Assembly (NCBI GenBank): GCA_038913135.1
Contig: JBCLES010000003.1
Location: forward strand, 27,696-91,695
Direction of reading: 5' to 3'
Length of the DNA stretch: 64,000 bases
Source of the DNA: Anaerolineae bacterium
Lineage (GTDB): Bacteria > Chloroflexota > Anaerolineae > Epilineales > Epilineaceae
A program made the translations under genes and the position numbers. Of the stretch, positions 17,025 through 25,800 are shown piece after piece; positions within the stretch are counted from its first letter, which is position 1; each line of letters begins with the position of its first letter. The notes under the pieces were generated by a model that saw only the letters and a program-made list of their open reading frames with translations, ran no database searches and was not told where the DNA came from.

Positions 17025-19141
17025 ATCGTAAGATCGGTGTGCTAGTCGGACGCCGGCGATTTTCGACCCGAGCGCTCTTCACTGAGCATCCGGCCCTCTC
17101 CTGTGTGGGCATTACGATCCTCGCCTGCACCCTTGGCCTTATCGCGCCTGGCCCGCATACGCGTATCGAAGCTCTAACAGCCGGAGCGCAAGCCGCCGAC
17201 CTGGCGCCCGTTGTCTCCGGCCATGTCCTTTCGAAACGTTGGGTGTACCTACCTGCCAACTTTCAGGTTTCTTCGACCGTCGATCGGCTGAAAGGAATCC
17301 TGGACCGAGCTAAGGCGGCCGGCTACAACGGAGCGCTTGTTACGGATTCGAAATTCGGTCGACTGGAGGACGGCTCGCTGATCGAGGCGTACTATCCGCA
17401 GCTCCAGGAAGTTCTCGAGTATGCCGACGATCTCGGAATGCAGATGATCCCCGCGGCCACGGCATTCGGCTATTCGGAGCAGATTCTTTGGCACGATCCG
17501 AACCTGGCCGAAGCGATGCCGGTGCGCGGTGCGAGCTTTCGCGCCGAATCGGGCGCTCTCGTCCCGTACGAGGCTGAGCCGGTGCGCATCGTGAACGGCG
17601 ACTTCGAGGCCCAACCTCCGATCGGCCACGCGTTTCCCGGCTGGGCTTGGCAGGACGTGCCGGGCACTTCGACCTTCGTGGACAGGGCGGTGAAGCGCTC
17701 TGGCGCAGCGAGTTTGCGCATGGACGATCTTGGCACCACGAACCCTCCGCACGGTAACGGACGCATCCACCAGAGCTTCACGGTCGAGCCTTTTCACAAC
17801 TATCACGTGCAAGTCTGGGTGAGAACCGAAGGCTTCCGAGGCGGCGACGTCCGGGTACTCGTCCTTGGGCAAGCACCCGGTAGAACGCTCCAATGGAATT
17901 CCGTTCCGGTGAGCCCTGATCAGGACTGGACACGCTTCGACACCACATTCAACAGCCTGTCGCATGACGAGGCCCTCTTTTACCTGGGCGTCTGGGGTGG
18001 GGATGAGGGATCGATCTGGTGGGACGATGCCTCGATCGAGCCGGCCGGCCTTGTCAACCTAGTCCGCCGGCCGGGCACGCCGGTGCGCATCGTCAGTAAC
18101 GACGGATCCACCGAGTACCAGGAAGAACTCGACGTCGACGTCCTTGTCGACCCGCTGATGGGCAGCGTTCCGTGGCCAGGCAGCTTCGACGCCTGGCACG
18201 AACCGCCCGTGATCAGCCTAGCGGTGGGCAGCCGTATCGCCGACGGGCAAATCGTGAAGATCGACTACTACCAGACGACCACGATCTACGGCGAACAGGT
18301 GACAGCCAGCCTAACCGAGCCCCGTGCGCTCGAGATTGCGACTGAGCAGCTGCATGCGATCAAGCGTGCCTTCGACCGGGCCGGGCTGTTCTCGGGCTGG
18401 TTCTTCAGCCACGACGAGATCAGGATGGGCGGCTGGGACGATGCGCCGAGCCCCGGCGACGGTTCGCCCGGCGCACGTCTTGCCTTCAACGTGGCGACGT
18501 TGCATTCCGAGGCGCGCGATGCAGCACCCGATGCTGAACTCTACATTTGGTCTGACATGTTCGACCCGTCACACAACGCCGAAGAACGCGACGAACCGTA
18601 CTACTTGGTCAACGGCGATTGGTCGGGCAGTTGGGAAGGCCTGACCCCCGATGTCACGGTCATGAATTGGAACCGTGGTTCCGGTACCCGGCGCGCTTCG
18701 GCCGAATTCTTCGCAGGCCGTGGCCACGCCCAGATGCTCGCCGGCTACTACGATGGATCGCCGGATGAGTGGATCGATCGGGAGTGGCTGGAGGACCTCA
18801 GCGGCATCCCCGAGATCGAGGGCGTCCTGTACGCGCAGTGGGGCAGTGGCTACGATCAGCTCGAAGCTTGGGCTGAGTACATCTGGGGCGACGCGGAGTG
18901 GATCGACATCGGTGCGCCGCCGACCGACACTGCCACGGCTCCCACCGCCGAACCGACGTTGTCGTCGACCGGCACCGCATCGGCTCCCACCGCCGAATCG
19001 ACGCCGCCGCCAACCGGAATCGTTCCGACGACACCTACTAAGATCTGGCTGCCCGTTGTCCACCGTGGCCGAGCCGAGGCTGTGCAGCACCGTTCGACGC
19101 CGCTGGATCCTCGACTAAAACAAGCGTCACATTTACTGTGA
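17021..19141 (+). CDS. Exported protein with CBM4/9-like sugar-binding insert and Thr/Pro-rich tail (possible glycoside-hydrolase-like fold)
   Basis: ATG at 17021 (ATGA overlap with the upstream stop; GGAGGTGG upstream). N-terminal TM/signal ALSCVGITILACTLGLIAPG. CBM-like segment VNGDFE...GWAWQDVPGTSTFVDRAVKRSGAASLRM...WTRFDTTFNS...IWWDDASIE. Tail APTAEPT...APTAEST...KIWLPVVHRG. Confidence 0.6.
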   Translation: MNRKIGVLVGRRRFSTRALFTEHPALSCVGITILACTLGLIAPGPHTRIEALTAGAQAADLAPVVSGHVLSKRWVYLPANFQVSSTVDRLKGILDRAKAAGYNGALVTDSKFGRLEDGSLIEAYYPQLQEVLEYADDLGMQMIPAATAFGYSEQILWHDPNLAEAMPVRGASFRAESGALVPYEAEPVRIVNGDFEAQPPIGHAFPGWAWQDVPGTSTFVDRAVKRSGAASLRMDDLGTTNPPHGNGRIHQSFTVEPFHNYHVQVWVRTEGFRGGDVRVLVLGQAPGRTLQWNSVPVSPDQDWTRFDTTFNSLSHDEALFYLGVWGGDEGSIWWDDASIEPAGLVNLVRRPGTPVRIVSNDGSTEYQEELDVDVLVDPLMGSVPWPGSFDAWHEPPVISLAVGSRIADGQIVKIDYYQTTTIYGEQVTASLTEPRALEIATEQLHAIKRAFDRAGLFSGWFFSHDEIRMGGWDDAPSPGDGSPGARLAFNVATLHSEARDAAPDAELYIWSDMFDPSHNAEERDEPYYLVNGDWSGSWEGLTPDVTVMNWNRGSGTRRASAEFFAGRGHAQMLAGYYDGSPDEWIDREWLEDLSGIPEIEGVLYAQWGSGYDQLEAWAEYIWGDAEWIDIGAPPTDTATAPTAEPTLSSTGTASAPTAESTPPPTGIVPTTPTKIWLPVVHRGRAEAVQHRSTPLDPRLKQASHLL

Positions 19142-19871
19142 GCGGATCCTGAACGTCGAAAACGCCCAAGAAGGAGGGCGGTTCGATGCCGAAGGACGAC
19201 AACAAGAAGGTGGTCTGCGCCTCAGCTTCGATACGCCCGTCGACGAGCGTTGCCGTAGATTCGAACGTTACCGGTTGCGACAGCCCGGCGATCGTCATGT
19301 CGCCGACGAGCTGGAAGTTAGCCGTCTGACCTTCGGTGTAGCCGGGCGGGAAGCCCTCGATGGAAGTCGGTATGAACACGGCATCGGGGAACGATATGAT
19401 GTTCAGGCGCTCTTGGAGCTGCTGATCGCGGCGATTCTGGTCACTTGTGAGGCTGCCAAGGCCGACGCGGATCTCGCCCGAGACAATCGTCGGGGGATCG
19501 GTCTTTACGACCGTCAATTGGCCGCTGACATCCGGGGTCGTTCCGACGGTTATGGTTTGACCCAGCGGGACGTTGAAGCGCTCGACCGCGTCTTCGAAGA
19601 ACTCTTCGTCGGCGACATAGCTTGCCGACGACTCTTCGGTCACCACGACGAACGTGATCGGGCCGGAGCTCTCTGGGGCAGCGGGCTCCGTCGGTTCGAC
19701 AGGCTCTTCCTGCGTCGGTGACTCCTGGACAACCGTCGGCTGATCGACGACGGCGACCGGATCCTCATCCGGCTGGTTGTTGCATGCGCCTACAAGGATC
19801 GGGGCGAAGGAGAGCAATGCGATCTGCATTGCGCGATTGAACGTGAAGACGATCGGCAATTTAGGGGGCAT
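19038..19871 (-). CDS. YceI-like lipoprotein
   Basis: ATG at 19871 after GGAGAG; MPPKLPIVFTFNRAMQIALLSFAPILVGAC (lipobox). YceI-like body (ITFVVVTEESSASYV..., GLGSLTSDQNRRDQQL..., FQLVGDMTIAGLSQPVTFE). The 3' end overlaps the convergent gene by 104 nt. Confidence 0.8.
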   Translation of the reverse strand: MPPKLPIVFTFNRAMQIALLSFAPILVGACNNQPDEDPVAVVDQPTVVQESPTQEEPVEPTEPAAPESSGPITFVVVTEESSASYVADEEFFEDAVERFNVPLGQTITVGTTPDVSGQLTVVKTDPPTIVSGEIRVGLGSLTSDQNRRDQQLQERLNIISFPDAVFIPTSIEGFPPGYTEGQTANFQLVGDMTIAGLSQPVTFESTATLVDGRIEAEAQTTFLLSSFGIEPPSFLGVFDVQDPLTVNVTLVLVEDPAASNGAAQPRLGHGGQRAARS

Positions 19872-20071
19872 GAAATCTCTCCGTTTCGATAAGTGCGCTG
19901 CAGGGTTGCGACAGGGGGAAGGGACAGCCGCGTGAATGTCGGACACGATAGGATACCGGCGGCAGGTTATACAATGCCTATATGAGAACATGGTGAGATG
20001 TTGAACGACGTCGGCGCCTAACTCTCTTGGATAGCTCGACTCGCCGTGATTAGCCTATCCTAGCGTCTCTA

Positions 20072-22825
20072 ATGGAACGTCGATCCGAACCCGAGCACGA
20101 GACCGTGCTGCGACCGAAGGCCACAACCTCGGTCGCACTGCGCGCCGCCCTCCGCCGCTGGCATGATCCGCACCTGAGCGAGACCGCACTGGCCGACGGT
20201 TGGCAACTGGTGAAGGCGGAGATCGCATCCGGGGACAGGGCCGATAGCGCACTGGCTCGAGGTCAGGCGCTGCGGACTATCCTTTCCCGTGCGCTGGGCT
20301 CCATGCGCGAGCTTGGCTTTACAGACGAAGCGGAGCTTCTAAGCCGTCAATACGTGAAAGGCGATTCGATCTACGCGATCGCCTCCGATCTCGCGGTCGG
20401 AGAACGCGCTTACTTCAAGCGCCAGCGGCGCGCGATCGAGGCTTTGGCAGGCGTTCTCGATGCGATGGAGGCCGACACGGCTCGGAAGTCGGAGCGCGAT
20501 GACGGCGAAACCTCCGTTCAGCCGTCGCGATCGCCTGGTCCTGCGGGCCAAGACTCACCCGTCGCGCGATCCGGACCATACCAAACAGAGCTGTCTCCGC
20601 CCTTCCAAGCGCCGCCAGTGCCCGGGTGGTGGGTCGGTCGACCTGAGGAGTCGGCCTGGTTGATGCGCCAACTTCGAGTTGACCCGTCTGGAACCGGTCC
20701 TGTCGCGGCGACGACACGGTCCGTTGGTATTGTCGGAATGGCAGGCACCGGGAAGTCAGCCCTGGCCGCGCGTGCGGCGCGGCGAGTACGAAAGCGCTTC
20801 CCCGACGGCGTTATCTGGGTCGAGGCCGATAGCGTCGAAGTAGACGCGGCCTTGATCTTTGTGGCGCAGGCGCTGCGCCGAGATTCGCTCGTCGCGCGAA
20901 CTGGGCCGGGCGCGACGCGCGAGGCTATGGTGCGTGACCTGGTCAACCGGCGCGCATTGCTAATCGTGATCGATGGCGCAAAGTCCGACGCGGTCATAAG
21001 CGCTCTTCAGCCGTCAGCCGGGCGGTCGCGCCTTCTGGTCACGACGCGGCGCGCCGATCTACCCGCGATGTTCGGCGCGCCCATGCTCACGCTCGGCGGT
21101 TTCCGGCCGGAGGAATCGCTCCGCCTCCTCCGCCGTGCAGCCGGCGCCGAGCGCGTGGACGGAGCGGTCGCGGCCGCCCGGGCGCTGGCCAGCGTTTGCG
21201 AGCACTTGCCGCTCGCGGTTGCTGTCGCCGGCCGACTGGCCTCAAGTCACGCTCACCGCTCTCTCGAGGAGATAGGTGTGCGTCTTGCCGAGGCACCTCT
21301 CGACCGATTGCTCCTAGCGGACAGGCGGGTCGTCAGGGCTGCGATCGAGGCCGCATGGGATGCGCTCGACCCTCCCCTTGGCGCATTCCTTACGGCGATT
21401 GGCAATTTCGCCGATCGGATCACGTCGGACACGGCCGCGTTGTTAGGGAGCGGGCCCGGCGATGCCTGGGAAGCAGATGAATGGCTGGAAGCCCTTGTCG
21501 ATCGATCCCTGCTTCAACGCGGTCGGGGCGAGGCATATCGGCTGCACGGTCTGGTTCGCGCACTCGCCGCCGAACGCTCGCCAGACGACTCATCGCGCCG
21601 GAACTTGTGCGCCGGTTACGCCCTGCGCTTGATCGAAGTCTGTAGCTGGCTCGAGACCGCGCGATGGCCGGAGGCGCTCGCCTGGCTCGACGCCGAGCGC
21701 AGGAACCTCGATGCGCTCTTCGATTGGGCAGTCGAAAGACCGTATGTGCCCGAGGCCGCATCGCTAATTGTGGCGTGCGGAGGCCATTGTTCACCCTACT
21801 TCGAGCGGCGCCCCGATCCAGCCGCTCGGCGGCGCTGGTCGGAGGCAGGCCTGGCCGTCGCGCTGGACATCGAGGATGACGCCGCGATCGCCGCCTGCAA
21901 TATGCAGCTCGGCGTGGCGGCATACCGGGAAGGTAACCTGGAAGAAGCAGAGGCTCACTTGATCTCGGCGCGCGAGCACTACTCATCGCTGGCCGATCCA
22001 TTGCTTGGCGCCCAAGCCGGGCTGTGCCTCGCGGCTATCAGGCTCGCCCGGGGGCACAACGAGGCTGCCATCGCGCTCAGCGCCGAAGCGGCGACGACCG
22101 CGTACAATCTCGGGGCGCATGCGCTAGGGGCGCGAGCGGGCAACTTACAGGGCCTTGCGCTCGCGCGACACGGCCGCGAGAGTGATGCCGTCGAGGCACT
22201 TGAACGGGCCATCGCTTCGGCTCGCGCCTCGGGCGATGACTTTGCGGAAGGTTTCGCGCACTCGAACCTTGCCCTGATATGCGCGCGGACTGGGCGACTT
22301 CCCGCAGGTATCGAACACGCACGGCGTGCTCTAGAGATCGCCGAGGCAGTAGACACTCCTTTGCGCGTGCTCAGGTGCCTGGACACCCTGGGTGGGATAA
22401 GCCTCGCAGCAGAGGACGGACCTGCGGCCGAAGCGGCATACCGGAAGATGCGGTCCGTGCTCGGCACGATGACCGTGAGACCGCCGATCGAGTGCCTCGC
22501 GCTCGAAATCGGACTCGGACGGACGGCGATGATCGCAGGGCGCTGGCGGGCCGCGGCCAGCCGACTGAGACGCGCTCGCTCAATCGCCGTTTCGTCGTCG
22601 TCGGACTTCGGGTTGGCCGAGGCGCTCCGCTACACGGCCGCGCTGCGGCTGAATCGTCCGGCACCGAGTCCCGAGGGCGCGATGAAGGCGGCCGTTCGCT
22701 CCTACATCATTTGTGACGCACTTGGTCGTGCCGTCGGACGAGAGCGCGCGTGGCGACCAATTGTGGAAGCGGCCGGAGGCGAGGTGGAGGCGCTGGCGGT
22801 GCTGGAGAAGGAGCGGGGAAGGTAG
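20072..22825 (+). CDS. STAND-class NB-ARC ATPase with N-terminal HTH-like region and C-terminal TPR repeats
   Basis: P-loop VGIVGMAGTGKSALAARAA, followed by LLIVIDGA (Walker B-like) and a long TPR-like alpha-repeat C-terminus. N-terminal GDSIYAIASDLAVGERAYFKRQRRAIE resembles a sigma70-region-4/LuxR-type HTH. Confidence 0.8.
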   Translation: MERRSEPEHETVLRPKATTSVALRAALRRWHDPHLSETALADGWQLVKAEIASGDRADSALARGQALRTILSRALGSMRELGFTDEAELLSRQYVKGDSIYAIASDLAVGERAYFKRQRRAIEALAGVLDAMEADTARKSERDDGETSVQPSRSPGPAGQDSPVARSGPYQTELSPPFQAPPVPGWWVGRPEESAWLMRQLRVDPSGTGPVAATTRSVGIVGMAGTGKSALAARAARRVRKRFPDGVIWVEADSVEVDAALIFVAQALRRDSLVARTGPGATREAMVRDLVNRRALLIVIDGAKSDAVISALQPSAGRSRLLVTTRRADLPAMFGAPMLTLGGFRPEESLRLLRRAAGAERVDGAVAAARALASVCEHLPLAVAVAGRLASSHAHRSLEEIGVRLAEAPLDRLLLADRRVVRAAIEAAWDALDPPLGAFLTAIGNFADRITSDTAALLGSGPGDAWEADEWLEALVDRSLLQRGRGEAYRLHGLVRALAAERSPDDSSRRNLCAGYALRLIEVCSWLETARWPEALAWLDAERRNLDALFDWAVERPYVPEAASLIVACGGHCSPYFERRPDPAARRRWSEAGLAVALDIEDDAAIAACNMQLGVAAYREGNLEEAEAHLISAREHYSSLADPLLGAQAGLCLAAIRLARGHNEAAIALSAEAATTAYNLGAHALGARAGNLQGLALARHGRESDAVEALERAIASARASGDDFAEGFAHSNLALICARTGRLPAGIEHARRALEIAEAVDTPLRVLRCLDTLGGISLAAEDGPAAEAAYRKMRSVLGTMTVRPPIECLALEIGLGRTAMIAGRWRAAASRLRRARSIAVSSSSDFGLAEALRYTAALRLNRPAPSPEGAMKAAVRSYIICDALGRAVGRERAWRPIVEAAGGEVEALAVLEKERGR

Positions 22826-22875
22826 GGTCGACGTTGCCGGAGATCGAGCGGGGGAGGCGGCGCATCCTCGATGCC

Positions 22876-25800
22876 CTACATGACTCCATCGCCTCCGATC
22901 GGCCGCACTACGACCATGTGCCGTTCCCCATCGTCGACGAGCGGGATCACCGCGGTATCGAGGATGCGCCCATCGACCACAATCTCGACCGCTAGCGACT
23001 GCGTTTCCTTGGGTTCGATTTGACGCTCGCGCCCCTCGATACCCTTGCCTGAACGCTCGCGACCGTCGGTGAACTGCTCCGCCCCACCGATCGCCTCGCG
23101 ACTTGGTCTTGCAGCCCGCATCGCCTCGCCCAAACGAGCCGGCTCATGCACTTCGATAACGTACACCGCCGACCCGTGGCGATACTCGACTGTAATCGCC
23201 TGCCAGCCGGTCGGGACGCATGGCTCGATCACCAGTGTGTCCCCCCGCTTGCTGAAGCCCAAGATGGCCTCAAGCCCCACCCGATACATCCAGCTCGCCG
23301 CGCCTGTGTACCACGTCCAACCACCGCGACCCAGTTGCCCGTCCGCCGTGTACACGTCCGCAGCGACCACGTAGGGTTCAACCTTGTAGCGCTCCACTTC
23401 TTCCCGCGTCCGAGCGTGGGTGAGCGGATTGAGCATTTGGAAGAGTTCGAAGGCGCGGTCGCCGTCGCCCTGCAGAGCTGTCGCCAGCACGCTCCATAGC
23501 GCCGCATGTGTGTATTGCGCTCCGTTCTCGCGCACACCGGGCAGATAGCCCTTGATATAGCCGGGATCGAGAGGCGTCTCGTCGAACGGCGGAGTGAGCA
23601 AAGCGATGAGCTTGGCTTCCTCGTCCACCAAGTGCGCCTCGAACGAGCGCATGGCTCGCGATCGTCTGTCCGGGTCACCGGCGCCGGAGATGACGCTCCA
23701 GCTTTGGGCGATCGAGTCGATGCGGCACTCGGTGCTTGACGCTGATCCGAGCGGTGTGCCGTCGTCGTAGAATGCGCGGCGGTACCATTCGCCATCCCAG
23801 CCGTGGGTCTCAACTGCCGTCACATATGCCTCTGCTCGAGCGAGCAGGTCCTTTGCAACCGGCTCGTCGCCGCGCCGTTCGGCGTGTATCGCTAAGGCTC
23901 GGAGCGTTGTTGTGAGAAACCACGCCAACCACACGCTTTCGCCCTGTCCTCCGATGCCGACCCGATTCATTCCATCGTTCCAATCACCGCCGCCGATGAG
24001 CGGCAAGCCGTGCGCGCCGGTGGTGCACGCCCGATCTAGCGCGCGCAGGCAATGGTCGTAGATGCTCGCCTGCTGCTCAGACCTTTCCGGCCTGCCGAAA
24101 ACTTCGTGCTCGCCTGGCTTCAGCTCGGGCATATTTAGAAAGTTCACGACTTCGTCCAGCACGGACTCGTCGCCCGTGATCCTCACGTAGTGGTCGACCA
24201 CGTACGGCAGCCAAACTAGGTCATCCGAGAAACGCGTCCGTACCCCGGTGCCACTCTGTTCGTGCCACCAGTGCATCACGTCGCCCTCGACGAATTGATG
24301 CTCGGCGGCGCGCAAGATGTGGGCGCGAGTGATCTCCGGTTGCGCATACACGAACGCCATCACGTCCTGCAATTGATCCCGGAAACCGTATGCGCCGCTG
24401 CTCTGGTAAATCGCGGAGCGAGCCCACATGCGGCAGGCGAGCGCTTGGTACAGAGACCATCGATTGATCATCGCATCGAATGCGGGCTCAGGCGTCTTGA
24501 CGATGATTCCTGACAGCCTGTCGCGCCAGGCCTCGACGCTGTCGGCGATTGCCTGGGAAGCGGATTCAGGCGATCGATATGCCGCCACCAGTTCGCGCGC
24601 CCTGACTTCGCCCAAGGCCGCGCCGAGAAGCACGACCACCTGGCGCGACTCGCCGGGAGCGAGTTCGATCACGCACTGCAAAGCCGCGCAAGGGTCGATG
24701 CCAGCGCCGGTACTACCGGCCAAGCCGGGGCTGGAGGCTGGGAAGCGCAGCGCCGACGGATCTCCCAAGGTGCCGTTCCGCCCTAGGAACTCACGTCGAT
24801 CGGCGGTGTGGCACGTGGGTGGCTCACTCATGGCTGCGAACGCAACCTGGCCCGCCAGCTCGGGATTGAAGGAATTCCAGGCAAAGATCGCGCCGAATTC
24901 ACCTTCGTATGCCGTGTGCACCCGATGCTGCGCCTTTTCCCGACTGACCCCTAGAGTCCACTCCGCGTACGAAGTCACCGAGAGCCGGCGTGACCGAGCG
25001 CCGGTGTTCTTCACCTGCAGAACGCTGATCTTGACGGGCGAGTTCTCAGCCATGGCGAGCGTCAGCGACACTTCTAGTCCGTTGTGCTCATGTTCGAAGA
25101 CAGTGCTCCCCGCTCCGTGGCGGACGGCGTATGCAATGTCCCTGCGCACCGGCGCCGGCGTGGCGCTCCACATATCTCCGCTCTCGTCGTCCCGTAAATA
25201 GATCGCGTCACCCGTCGGGTCGCTCACCGGATCGTTGTGCCACGGTGTGAGGCGGAAGAAATAGCTGCTAAGCGCCCATGTGAAGCCGGCGCCCCGTTCG
25301 GTGACCACGAAGCCGCCAAGCGGGTTAGCGATGACGTTCGACCATGGCGCCGGCGGCAGATCGTCGCCGCGGACGCGGATCACGTAGTCTCCGGTCGAGC
25401 TCAAGCCACCGAAGCCGTTGTCGAAGAGGAGCGGCTCAGGGACCTGGCTCTTCTCCCCCTTTGCTTCCACCGCCGCTTCCATCGCTTCCATCGATGCTTT
25501 ACGAGCGTCGCCCATGTCCATGGGTTGAGTCCCGTCGCCTTCCGTGCCTTTACCTTGCCCGTACCCACGACCCTGCCCCTGCCCCCGGCCCTGGCCCAGG
25601 CTCTGACCCTGCAGATCCATCTGTCCCAACTCGTACGCCACACCATTCTCGGTATCGGTCGCCCTGCTTTCCGTTTCCAGGATCTTGCCTAGCGATCGAC
25701 CGTCGCAGGGGATGTGGACACGAGCGGTTGCGCGCAACATCTGGAGTCCATCGGCAGCGAGTTGGTCCGCATGGCGCATGAAGATACCACCGGGACGATC

